Positions 1-12,148 of a stretch of DNA of 64,000 nt are shown in pieces. Under the pieces are notes generated by a model. That model made no database searches, was not told where the DNA came from, and saw only the letters and a program-made list of their open reading frames with translations. Every line of letters begins with the position of its first letter. Within the stretch, counting starts at the first letter, position 1. Made by a program: the position numbers and the translations under genes. The stretch is from Pristiophorus japonicus (taxonomy: Eukaryota): positions 12,524,001 through 12,588,000 of the forward strand of contig NC_091977.1 in the NCBI RefSeq assembly GCF_044704955.1, read 5' to 3'.

Positions 1-3000
1 GCAAACCTGGTGGTAACACACAATGGATCACAGAACCGCCTGCCACTCTGGATTGTTCCGGGAAATGGCCCCGCACTTTTGGGAAGAAGCTGGCTAGCCG
101 AGATGAACTGGAAATGGGGAGATGTGCACACCATTTCGTCTGTGGAGCGAAGTTCATGCTCGCAGGTCCTACAAAAATTCGAGTCACTGTTTCAACCCGG
201 TGTCGGAACATTCAAGGACACTAAAGTAGTGATACGCATCACTCCGGATGCCAGACCAGTGCACCACAAAGCCAGAGCGGTGCCGTACGTGATGCGTGAG
301 AAAATTGAGAGTGAATTGGACAGACTGCTCAGAGAGGGCATAATTTCACCCATTGAATTCAGTGACTGAGCAAGTCCCATCATTCCTGTCCTTAAAGCAG
401 ATGGCTCGGTCAGGATCTGCGGCGACTACAAAGCCACCATCAACCAAGTGTTGCTGCAAGACCAATACCCGCTACCGAGAGCGGAGGACCTTTTTGCCAC
501 GTTGACAGGTGGCAAGCTGTTCACTAAGTTGGACCTCACTTCAGCCTACATGACTCAGGAACTGGCTGAAGAATCCAAGCTTCTGACCACCATCACGACG
601 CACAAGGGACTATTCATCTACAACAGGTGTCCATTTGGGATTCGTTCAGCGGCTGCAATCTTCCAGAGGAACATGGAAAGCTTGCTCAAATCTATTTCCG
701 GCACAATCGTATTCCAAGACGACATCCTTATAACGGGTCGAGACACCGAGGAACACCTCCACAACCTGGAGGAGGTGCTATGCCGACTGGACCGAGTCGG
801 CTTGCGGCTGAAAAAGGCCAAGTGTGTGTTTTTGGCCCCAGAGGTCGAGTTTTTGGGCAGGAGGGTTGCCGCAGATGGGATCAGGCCTACCGAATCAAAA
901 ACGGAGGCGATCCATCGTGCGTCCGGCCCGGCAACACATCGGAGTTGCGATCGTTCCTGGGACTTTTGAACTATTTTGGGAAATTCCTGCCTAACTTAAG
1001 CACATTGTCGGAGCCGTTACATGTGCTCCTGCATAAGGGTTGTAACTGGTTCTGGGGGGACTGTCAGGAACGGGCTTTCAACAGGGCGCGGAATCTGCTT
1101 TGTTCTAACAAACTGTTGACTTTGTATGACCCCTGTAAAAAACTAGTTTTAACATGCGATGCATCATCATGCGGGGTTGGGTGTGTGTTGCAGCAGGGAA
1201 ATGACGACGGCCGACTACAACCGGTGGCTTATGCCTCCAGGTCGCTCTCCCCGGCAGAGTGTGATTACGGCATGGTCGAAAAGGAAGCACTCGCTTGTGT
1301 TTATGGTGTGAAAAAGATGCACCAATATCTTTTCGGCAGGCCATTCGAGTTAGAAATGGATCACAAGCCGTTAACATCCCTGTTGTCCGACAGCAAGGCT
1401 GTCAACGCCAATGCGTAAGCTAGCATACAGCGATGGGCTCTCACGCTGGCTGCGTATGACTACACCATACGGCACCGGCCTGGCACTGAAAATTGTGCTG
1501 ACGCACTCAGCAGGCTTCCGCTGGCCACCACCGAGGGGGCAGCGGAGCAAAGCGCTGAGATGGTCATGGCTGTTGAGGCTTTTGACACCGCAGGCTCCCC
1601 CATCACAGCCCGCCAGATCAAAATCTGGACAAACAGAGATCCCCTCCTATCCATGATAAAGAAATGTGTCCTGACTGGGAATTGGGCGCCCGCCCACAGG
1701 GCGTGCCCCGATGAGGTCAGACCGTTTTAGAGATGGATGGATGAGCTCCCCATCCAAGCCGACTGCCTACTATGGGGCAGCCAGGTGGTCATGCCCCAGA
1801 AAGGAAGGGAAGCGTTCATCAGGGAACTCCACAGCGAGCACCCTGGCATTGTGCTAATGAAGGCCATTGCCCGGTCACATGTATGGTGGACGGGGATTGA
1901 CTCAGACCTGGAACACTGGGTTCGCAGGTGCACGACGTGTGCCCAGCTGGGCAATGCCCCCAGGGAGGCCCCGCTCAGCCCGTGGCCCTGGCCCACCAGG
2001 CCATGGTCACGCATCCACATGGACTATGTGGGGCCGTTCATGGGAAAAATGTTCCTGATTGTAGTCGATGCATACTCGAAATGGATCGAGTGCATCATAT
2101 TAAACTTGTGCACGACATCCATCACTGTGGAAAGTCTGCGCACGATTTTCGCGACCCACAGCTTGCCAGACATTCTGGTTAGCGACAATGGCCCATGTTG
2201 CACCAGTTTATGTCAGGTAATGGCATTAAACATGTCCGGACGGCACCGTTCAAGCTGGCTTCCAATGGCCAGGCAGAACGTGTGGTCCAAATCATAAAAC
2301 AAGGCATGCTCCTTATCCAGGGACCCTCCCTTCAGTACAGCCTATCGCGCCTCCTGCTGGCCTATAGGTCCTGCCCGCACTTGCTCACGGGAGTCCTGCC
2401 AGCAGAACTCCTCATGAAACACATGCTCAAAACGCGGCTGTCCCTCATTCACCCAAGCCTGGCAGACATTGTTGAGGGCAAGCGGCAGTTCCAAACCGAG
2501 TGCCATGATCACAACTCAAGGGGGAGGTGTATAGAAATGGATGACCCGGTATTTGTGCTTAACCATGCACTAGGACCCAAGTGGCTTGAGGGCACCGTAA
2601 TTGGCAAAGAGGGAAATAGGGTCATAGCGGTCAGACTAAATAATGGGCAGATATGTCGCAAACATCTGGACCAGGTAAAGAAAAGATTCAGCATGGACAC
2701 TGAGGAACCTGAAATAGACCATGGGGTGTCAACCACACCACTGAACGAGCAACAAGGACAGTCAACAGCATGCACAGTCCCTGCGGCCAGCCCGGACAGG
2801 CCGGAACCAACTCAGAGACGCATGTCACGGCTCAACCACCAGAGCCACAACTGCGGCGCTCCACGAGAGAGCGTCGACCACCTGAAAGACTCAATCTTTG
2901 ATCCAAAGACATTGGGGGGGAGATGATGTCATGTTTGTAACCTTCACATAACTGTAACCAATATGTAACAACACTGTACACTGTATACAACTGTGAAATA

Positions 3001-3184
3001 CACACCTTGACCACAGGGGCTGAACTTGTGGGAGACACTCCTTACCTGGTCAGCCAGGTACTTAAAGGGAGGCTCCACGCAGGCTCAGCGCTCCTTGGTC
3101 CCGGGAATAAAGATGCAGGTCATGAGTGACCTTGTCTGCAGTATATGCCTCGTGTGAATATGTTCTAGAATTGAGAACTCTACA
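1..3184 (+). mobile_element. Gypsy (Ty3/Mag-like) LTR retrotransposon, 3' part: decayed pol (protease end, RT, RNase H, integrase), PPT and 3' LTR
   Basis: ORFs 10..2926 give RT (PFGIRSAAAIFQ, FQDD), RNase H (LTCDAS, EKEALA) and integrase (HSEHPG..CTTC, SDNG) across frameshifts and stops. PPT GGGGGGGAGA at 2914-2923; LTR TGTCATG...TCTACA at 2927-3184 with AATAAA at 3106. Confidence 0.93.
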
Positions 3185-5946
3185 ATGATGATGATGCATT
3201 GGTTGTCATGTTCCAAAATTCCACAGATGCTAGAACAGTTCCTGCGGATTGGAAGGTAGAAAATGTAACCTCACTATATAAGAAAGGAGGGAGAGAGAAA
3301 ACGGGAAAATACAGACCAGTTAGCCGGACATTACTTGTAGGGAAAATGCTAGAATCTGTTAATCAGGACGCGGTAACAGGGCACTTAGAAAATAATAATA
3401 GGATTGGGCAGAGTCAACACGGATTTATGAAAGGGAAATCATGTTTGCCAAATCTGTTTGAGGTTGTAACAAGCAGAATAAATAAGGGTGACCAGTGGAT
3501 GTAATGTATTTGGATTTTCAGAAGGCATTCGATAAGGAGCCACACAAGAGGTTATTAAACAAAATTAGGGCTCATGGGATTGGGGATAATATACTAGCAT
3601 GGATTGAGGATTGGTTAATGGACATAAAACAGAGAGTAGGAATAAACAGGTCATTTTCGGATTGGCAGGCTGTAACTAGTGGTGTGCTGCAAGGATCAGT
3701 GCTGGGGCCTCAGCTGTTCACAATCTATATCAATGATTTGGATGAGGGGACCGAATGTAAATATATCCAAGTTTGCTGATGATACAAAGCTGGTGGGAAT
3801 GTAAATTGTGAGGGGGAAGCTTCAAGGGGTATGGTCATCATCATCATAGGCAGTCCCTCGGAATCGAGGAAGCCTTGCTACCACTCCTGAAGTGAGTTCT
3901 TTGCTGGCTGAACAGTCCAATACGAGAGCCATAGACTCTGTCACAGGTGGGACAGATAGTCGTTGAGGGAAGGTGGGGGGGGAGTGGTGGGAATGGTTTG
4001 CCGCACGCTCTTTCCGCTGCCTGCACTTGATCTCTGCACGCTCTCGGCGTTGAGACTCGAGGTGTTCAGCACCCTCCCGGATGCACTTTCTCCACTTAGG
4101 GCGGTCTTTGGCCAGGGACTTCCAGGTGTCAGTGGGGATGTCACACTTTATCAGGGAGGCTTTGAGGGTGTCCTTGTAATGTTTATGCTGCCCACCGTTG
4201 GCTCGTTTGCCGTGAAGGAGCTCCGTGTAGAGCACTTGCTTTGGGAGTCCTGTGTCTAGCATGCGAACTATGTGGCCTGCCCAGCGGAGCTGATCGAGTG
4301 TGGTCAGTGCTTCAAAGCTGAGGATGTTAGCCTGGACGAGGACACTGATGTTGGTGCGCCGGTCCTCCCAGCGATTTATAGGAGACATTGTTGGTGATAT
4401 TTCTCCAGTGACTTGAGGTGTCTACTGTACATGGTCCACATCTCTGAGCCACACAGGAGGGCGGGTATTACTACAGCCCTGTAGACCATGAGCTTGGTGG
4501 CAGTTTTGAGGGCCTGGTCTTCAAACACTCTTTTCCTCAGGTGGCCGAAGGCTGCATTGGCGCACTGGAGGTGGTGTTGGATCTCGTCGTCGATGCCTGC
4601 TCTTGTTGATAGGAGGCTCCCAAGATATGGGAACGCCCTTGCTCCAAGCACTGACACCTGTTCAATCACAACCAGGAAACACCAGGACTGGTTTGATGAG
4701 AATGATCTGGAGATCCAAGAGCTAAGATCGCAAGTGCAGGGCATTTCTGAGCCTTAAACAACAACCCAACACGGGAGCAGCAAAGCAACATTACAGACGG
4801 CTCAAGGCTGAGGTTCAACAAAAAACCCGGGACCTAAAGAACAGGTGGTGGATGGAGAAAGCACAGGAGTTACTGCAGCTGGCAGACAGCCATGATGTGC
4901 AAGGATTCTTCATCGCAGTCAAGGCCGCCTACGGGCCAAACACCCAAGGACCCACCCCACTGCTGGCCAAGAACAGGGGAACACTCATCAAGGACACCGA
5001 GGCAGTCAGGGCCCACTGGAAGGAGCACTTTGAAGATCTACTCAACAGAGACTCTGCCTTTGACTCGAGTGTTCTCGACTCCATCCCGCAGCATTCGACC
5101 CGCCACCACTTCAGTAAGACCCCAACACTGCACTAGGTAGAAAAAGCCATAAGACAGCTTAAAAACAAAGGGGATACAAACAGGCTAAGTGAGTGGGCAA
5201 GAACATGGGAAATGGAATATAATGTGGCGAAATGTGAAGTTATCCACTTTGGTTGGAAAAATAGAAAGCAGAGTATTTTTGAAATAGTGAAAAATTAGGA
5301 AATGTTGGTGTTCAGAGGGACCTGGGTGTCCTTGTTTACGAATCACTGAAAGTTAACATGCAGGTACAGCAAGCAATTAGGAAAGCAAATGGTATGTTGG
5401 CCTTTATTACAAGAGGATTTGAGTATAAGAGTAAAGACACCTTACTGCACTTATATAGGGCCCTGGTGAGACCACAACTGGAGTATTGTGTAGTTTTTGT
5501 CTCCTTACCTAAGGAAGGATATACTTGCCATAGAGTGCAATGAAGGTTCACCAGACTGATTCGTGGGATGGGGGGATTGGCCTATGAGATGAGATTGAGT
5601 AGACTTGGCCTATATTCTCTGGAGTTTAGAAGTATGAGAGGTGATCTCATTGAAAGATTCAAGATTCTTACAGGGTTTGACAGGGAGGATACAGAGAGGA
5701 TGTTTCCCCTGGCTGGGGAGTCAAGAACCAGGAGTCACAGGGGAACCAGGGTTGTGGATGCTCACACGTTGAGTATATTCAAGACAGCTATCGATAGATT
5801 TTTGAATATTAAGGGAATCAGGGGATATGGGGATAGTGCAGGAAAGTGGAGTTGAGGTAGAAGATCAGCCATGAACTTATTGGATGGCGGAGCAGGCTCG
5901 AGGGGCCGAATGGCCTATTCCTGCTCCAATTTCTTATGTTCTTATG
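3185..5946 (+). mobile_element. CR1 LINE, 5'-truncated ORF2 to 3' tail, split by an RTE insertion at about 3833-5167
   Basis: CR1 RT peptides ([30 protein letters not shown]) at 3199-3779. The sequence resumes at 5168 and ends in a (TTCTTATG)n tail at 5946. Confidence 0.9.
3835..5167 (-). mobile_element. RTE LINE insertion with an inverted 5' segment
   Basis: 3835-4633 is the RTE 3' end on the minus strand ((ATG)n tail, LRWAGHIVRM, YLGSLLS). About 4665-5167 is an upstream RTE segment on the plus strand (TRKHQDWF, HWKEHFEDLLN). Confidence 0.88.
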
Positions 5947-6084
5947 TAGCTGAGCTCCATCACCACAATATTTCTGCCTTACAGTCGAGTTTCACACTTG
6001 TCTACAGGCTTTGATTAATTGTCTCTATTGTTGGTATCTCACCTTTGCTTGTCTGCGATTTGATCTCTCTCACTTTCTGTTCAG

Positions 6085-6184
6085 TTGCAGAGGCTTTCCC
6101 CGTTGCGATATTGTGCATTCCACTCGGAGTGAAACTCCTTGCTCTTTTCGTGATCTGTATCACTTTATACAGAGACAAAACCAG
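6085..6184 (+). CDS. Transmembrane exon of a Siglec-15-like activating Ig receptor (intramembrane Lys)
   Basis: Acceptor tctctctcactttctgttcag| and donor CCAG|gtatgt. The 100-nt phase 1-to-2 exon reads xAEAFPVAILCIPLGVKLLALFVICITLYRDKT(R): a hydrophobic span with a central K followed by basic stop-transfer residues. It resembles the SIGLEC15 GFKALLLL TM motif. Confidence 0.8.
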
Positions 6185-6564
6185 GTATGTAACATTGCTG
6201 GGAGACTCTTACCTTTAAATGGCTGAAGCCCGATTCCTGGGTGAGCCTTGGTCAGTGTGTGTTGGTTGGCAGGAGAGTCAAACACTTGAGCGATCCTAGT
6301 CGAGCCAATGACCACACAGTACATGTCCAGCCGGGATCACTGGATACCAGCAGGAGCAGGAACTCTGCGCAATGTTTCCTCTCCCTGTCCCAGTGGCATT
6401 TAGACCAATTGGTGAGCCCCAGCTGGGAATGGCTGGCAAATTTATATTTTTAAATGTGCGGTGAATCCTATTTAAACAGCCGCTGGTTGTATATGGAGGT
6501 GATGAAAGTGCTCTTATTTTATAGTTCACACAGCTCATTTTAATTGGTCTTGTTTTATCCACAG

Positions 6565-6580
6565 AAAGGAGCAGAACTGA
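6565..6580 (+). CDS. Terminal coding exon (short cytoplasmic tail RKEQN-stop) of the same gene
   Basis: Acceptor tcttgttttatccacag|A AAG GAG CAG AAC TGA. Phase 2 matches the TM exon donor. It is followed by about 500 nt of unique putative 3' UTR. Confidence 0.62.
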
Positions 6581-7083
6581 TCCACCCCAGGAGGCTGAGA
6601 AACCAAATGTACAAACCGCAGTATAAATCTTTTCTGCTCTCCCCGCACTGACTCTCACTCAGCAATTCAAGCTGAATTTGCTTTATTGATCAATTGTTGA
6701 ATGATCCAGATCCTGGCTGCAAAATTCTTCCTGTTAATCAGCTATTCGGCACAGCCCTGCATCACCTTGTCATTTTGAATGGAATCCTCGGAGGATCATT
6801 CCCAATATAAGTCTGTATAAACGCCCAGGCTTTATCTATGATCTGAATAGTGGGAGAGGACATGGGGCAGAGGTGACTGTGAGTACGATAGGTGGGAAAC
6901 GGCAATTATTGCATGTGATTTGCTCAGGGAACTGGCTGCTGTTTCCAACTCCTCGGCTGTGCCGGGAGATTCTGCTGGAGGTCAGCCAGCTTTCAATAGC
7001 TGACCTCAGAGTGAATCTGTGCTTTTACTGTCAGTGTATCAAAGTTAAATGATGGAGCTGCAATGATTGTGAAGAGTGCTCTA

Positions 7084-7089
7084 AATAAA
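7084..7089 (+). terminator. Candidate polyadenylation signal for the + strand receptor gene
   Basis: AATAAA about 500 nt after the stop codon, followed by TG-rich sequence. Confidence 0.4.
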
Positions 7090-8074
7090 CAATTGGTTGT
7101 GTATGAACATGGGCTCCTCCTTAGCATCGACTTGCATTTCATCGAATCTTACAGCACAGGAGGCCATTCGGCCCATTGTGCCTGTGCTGCACCTTTGAAA
7201 GCGCTATCCAATTAGTCCCACTCCCTCTGCTCTTTCTACATTGCCCCGCAACATTTTCACTTTCAAATGTTTCTCCAATTCTCTGTTGAAAGTTACGATT
7301 GAATCTGCTTTCAGGCAGTGCATTCCAGATCACAACTCGCTGCGTTAAATAAACATTCTCATCTTCCTTCTAACTAATTTATTGAAGTATGAAACGGCAT
7401 TATTTGTGTCTGTTAATGTGACAAATTAGAATGAGATTTGTAATATAAAGAATAACCCGTTTCATAGTCCAAAAGTTTTCGGTTTTTAATTGAGTTAAAA
7501 ATGACAAAGGTTAAATGGTAATCTGGTGAAATCCACACAGCAGAGTTTGCAGTTGGCTGGAGTTTGGTGTTTAAATCCACGTTCTTGTTTGTGATTTCTC
7601 AAGGCCTGTTGGTGAGGGAAGGTGCTGTAGACGTGTAGATTGGTGGCCTGCAGACGATGCCAGTGGTTTTCAGCAATGCTGATTGCAGCCAATGTTTTTT
7701 GTACTGGTGGTTGCTCGTTTCTGAGGGCCTTTGGTGTCTGTCTCTGTCCATTATCGAGTAGGCCGGCCATGAAGATTAGAGGCAATGGCAGTCAAAAGCT
7801 GAACTTGCCATGTTGTCTCTCGGACAGGTCACTGCCCTGTTCGATTTCAGTTGGCATCCCTTTCTTGTGGTTTTGTCACAGCTTAACGCTTCCTCTATGT
7901 TCCTCTCAGAAACTCTGTGCTTCCATCGCCAGCAAAAACAATTCAACAACACATTAAATATCACAATGTTGAGGAAATTATCACCAGATTATACAATTAT
8001 CGTAGCCTTGGACTAAAATGTTAGAAATAATTCTTTGACAATCGGCCATTGGTGATTGAGTGGTTCCCACTAAT

Positions 8075-9315
8075 TGTTAAGTATGGAAGAACTCCACCAG
8101 ACTGAGTACTGTGAGCTAAAACTGATGTGACCTTAGTCTCTTTCATACAACTCCAGAGTGCCGAAGCAGCATGACCGACAACCTTTTATACGACCTTACA
8201 CGAGGTGTGCAGTGACCCTTGGGCCTCCAACAGTTGCGCCCTCTGGTGGGAAGTCTTACACAGGTACAATGTTTACATAACTTCACCCCCCCTGCCCCCC
8301 CACCCCCCCCCAAAGTCTTTGATACAAATTATTTACAAGTTGAGACGATCTGGGGCCCTACGCTCCCTGGTTGATCGTCTGAGTTCAAACTCTGGCATGG
8401 GTGAGTTGATCGGACCATTGCTACATTGCAGACGCGGCTGGTCTGACAGGTCTGTTGGGAATGGTGGGTTCATCCTCCTGATTGACAGCGAGGTCGATTG
8501 CTGGTTGGATGTGTGTTGGTGGGTCGATGATGGTGATGTCCTCTTCAGGTTGTTCCTGGTTGTCGGTGAACCGCAGCTTGGTCTGATCCAAGTGCTTTCT
8601 GCACGTTTGTCCATTCAATAGTTTGACTACAAACACTCTATTCCCCTCCTTGGCCAAGACAATGCCAGCAACCAATTTAGGACCATGACCATAATTAAGG
8701 ACAAACACAGGGTCGTTAACATCAATGGCACGCGATACAGCCGCGCAATCGTGGTACATGTCTTGCCGGTGACGCCGGGTTTCCACATGATCATTTTGTT
8801 CCGAATGGACTAGGGAGAGCCTGGTTTTGAGTGCTCTCTTCATTAACAATTCTGCAGGGGGAATCCCAGTGAGCGAGTGGGGTCGCGTCTGGTAGCTGAG
8901 TAGAACCCGAGATAAGCGGATCTGAAAGGAGCTTTCCGTCACGCATGTCAAGCTTTGCTTGATAGTTTGGACTGCCCGTTCCGCTTGACCGTTGGATGCA
9001 GGCTTAAACGGGGAAGACCTGTCATGCTTGATGCCATTGCGGGTCATAAACTCGTTGAATTCCGAGCTGAAACACAGTCCATTGTAACTGACAAGGTCGC
9101 CGGGCAAGCCATGGTTGGCGAACATAGCCCGGAGGCTTTCAATGGTGTCAGTGGATGTGCTGGATGACATGATTACGAATTCAATCCATTTAGAGCAAGC
9201 GTCCACTACAACTAAAAACATCTTTCCGAGAAAGGGGCCAGCAAAATCTACGTGGATTCTGGACCACGGTTTGGAGGGCCATGACCACAGACTCAATGGA
9301 GCCTCCCTTGGTTCA
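8075..9315 (-). mobile_element. Gypsy LTR retrotransposon 3' fragment (integrase, PPT, 3' LTR 8075-8282)
   Basis: ORF 8421..9296 integrase (WSRIHVDFAGP, SNGQAERAVQTIK). The G-rich PPT appears as a C-run at 8286-8311; the LTR ends ...CTTAACA on the minus strand. Confidence 0.9.
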
Positions 9316-9385
9316 TTGCTATCTGGGACCCCAAAGGACCAGTCTACTTAGCTGGACCCAGGCCAACTGTTGACATGTTATTAAC

Positions 9386-11177
9386 CTACATGCTACCTGC
9401 CACCACCTCAGTAAAACCCCAACACTGCACGAGGTAGAAAAAGCCATAAGACAGCTCAAGAACAACAAGGCTATGGGAGCGGATGGAATCCCTGCTGAGG
9501 CACTGAAGTATGGCGGAGAGGCGCTGTTGGCGTGAATACACGACCTCATCCCACTCATCTGGAGGGAGGAGAGCATGCTGGGAGATCTCACAGATGCAGT
9601 GATCGTGACCATCTTTAAAAAAGGGGACAAGCCCGACTGCTGCAACTACAGAGGAATCTCCCCGCTATCAACCACTGGGAAAGTCGTCGCTAGAGTCCTC
9701 CTCAACCGTCTTCTCCCTGTGGGTGAGGAGCTCTTCCCGGAGTCACAGTGTGGATTTCGTACCCTACGGGGCACAACGGACATGATTTTTACAGCGCGAC
9801 AGCTGCAGGAAAAATGCCGGGAACAGCCTTATACATGGCCTTCTTCGACCTTACAAAGGCCTTTGACACTGTCAACCGCGAGGGTCTATGGAGTGTCCTC
9901 CTCTGTTTCGGATGCCCCCAAAAGTTCGTCACCATCCTCCGCCTGCTCCACGATGACATGCAGGCCGTGATCCTTACCAACGGATTCATTACCGACCCAA
10001 TCCACATCCGGACTGGGGTCAAACAGGGCTGCGTCATCGCTCCAACTTTCTTCTCAATCTTCCTCGCTGCCATGCTCCACCTCACAGTCAACAAGCTCCC
10101 CGCTGGAGTGGAACTAAACTACAGAACCAGTGGGAACCTGTTCAACCTTCGTCGTCCCCAGGCCAGGTCCAAGACCACCCCAACCTCTGTCGTCGAGCAC
10201 CTGCGCACAAACAGAGGCTGAACACCAAGTCATAGACAACGTACTTATTGGGGCATACATAAGCATGGACCTTACGCTAAATATCCGTAAGACAAAGGTC
10301 CTCCACCAACCTGTCCCTGCCGGACAGCACTGCCCCCCAATCATTAAGATCATGACATGGCCTTGGTCAACATGGACCATTTCCTATACCCCGGGAGCCT
10401 CCTATCAACAAGAGCAGACATTGACGACGAGATCCAACACCGCCTCCAGTGCGCCTGTGTAGTCTTCGGCCGCCTGAGGAAAAGAGTGTTTAAAGACCAG
10501 GCCCTCAAATCTGGCACCAAGCTCATGGTCTACAGGGCTGTAGTAATACCCGCCCTCCTGTATGGCTCAGAGACATGGACCATGTACAGTAGACACCTCA
10601 AGTCGCTGGAAAAATACTACTAACAATGTCTCCGCAAGATCCTGAAAATCCACTGGGAGGACAGACGCACCAACATTAGCGTCCCCAATAAGGCCAAATC
10701 CCCAGCATTGAAGCACTGACCACACTTGATCAACTCCGCTGGGCAGGCCATATTGTCCGCATGCCAGAAACGAGACTTCCAAACCAACGCTCTACTCGGA
10801 ACTCCTTCACGGCAAATGAGCCAAAGGTGGGCAGAGGAAACGTTACAAGGACACCCTCAAAGCCTCCATGATCAAATGCAACATCCCCACTGACACTGGG
10901 AGTCCCTGGCCAAAGACCGCCCTAAGTGGAGGAAGTGCATCCTGGTGGGTGCCGAGCACCTCGAGTCTCATCACCGAGAGCATGCAGAAACCAAGCGCAG
11001 GCAGCGGAAAGAGCGTGTGGCAAACCTGTCCCATCCACCCTTTTCCACAACGACTATCTGTCACACCTGTGACAGGGTTTGTGGTTCGCGTATTGGACTG
11101 TTCAGCCACTTAAGGAATCATTTTTAGAGTGGAAGCAAGTCTTCCTCGATTCTGAGGGACTGCCTATGATGATGATG
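9386..11177 (+). mobile_element. RTE LINE, 5'-truncated and decayed
   Basis: NYRGIS, FFDLTKAFDTV, GVKQGCVIAP; 3' end GGGACTGCCTATGATGATGATGA. Confidence 0.92.
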
Positions 11178-11526
11178 AACCGACACCGCCAATAAAAACT
11201 AAAAAATTGGTCATTCACCTCCGTGCTGTTTGTGGGATCTTGCTGTGCACACATTGCAAGTGAATACACTTCGAGAAAAACGAACTCCTTGGCTGCGAAG
11301 AGCATTCGGGAAATGATTCACGAGGATATAGCGAGCATCTGAACTGCACCAGTCTTCCTTCATTATTTGCCTCTCGGAATCCTTAACGTGAGAGTCTGAA
11401 TGGAGTCCTGGTTTGTGACTCTCATCAAGTGTAGTGCCAGTTCCTGACAGTCCTGCCTTGTGCACTTTGTTTCTGCATCACAGGGTGAGGGGGCTGAACT
11501 CTGAACCCAGTGGGACATTTAAACAT

Positions 11527-12127
11527 CTAGCCTAACATCTGTGGTTGGGAAAATGTTGGAGTCCATTATTAAAGAAGCAGTAACAGGACATTTGGAAAAA
11601 CATAATTCAGTCAGGCAGAGTCAGCATGGATTTATGAAGGGGAAGTCATGTTTGACAAACTTGCTGGAATTCTTTGAGGATAGAAACATAGAAACATAGA
11701 AAATAGGTGCAGGAGTAGCCCATTCAGCCCTTCTAGCCTGCACCGCCATTCAATGAGTTCATGGCTGTACATGCAACTTCAGTACCCCATTCCTGCTTTC
11801 TCGCCATACCCCTTGATCCCCCTAGTAGTAAGGACTACATCTAACTACTTTTTGAATATATTTAGTGAATTGGCCTCAACAACTTTCTGTGGTAGAGAAT
11901 TCCACAGGTTCACCACTCTCTGGGTGAAGAAGTTTCTCCTCACCTCGATCCTAAATGGCTTACCCCTTATCCTTAGACTGTGATCCCTGGTTCTGGACTT
12001 CCCCAACATTGGGAACATTCTTCCTGCATCTAACCTGTCTAAACCCATCAGAATTTTAAACGTTTCTATGAGATACCCTCTCATTCTTCTGAACTCCAGT
12101 GAATACAAGCCCAGTTGATCCAGTCTC
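11527..12127. mobile_element. CR1 fragments (plus 11527-11680; minus 3' end 11681-12127)
   Basis: QHGFMKGKSC-coding DNA on plus; (ATAGAAAC)n tail and [10 protein letters not shown]...RVVNLWNSLP on minus. Confidence 0.85.
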
Positions 12128-12148
12128 CAGCTGCAGATGGTACCACCT

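Noticed and set aside
6011-6226. ORF-track 71-aa ORF over the TM exon
   Set aside because: It is the wrong frame. The spliced reading in another frame explains the region.
7485-8030. Minus-strand acceptor (ttctaacattttag, about 8013) with ATTAAA near 7490 as a possible last exon; a similar acceptor lies near 33492
   Set aside because: All frames are short and featureless, and no upstream exon links to them.
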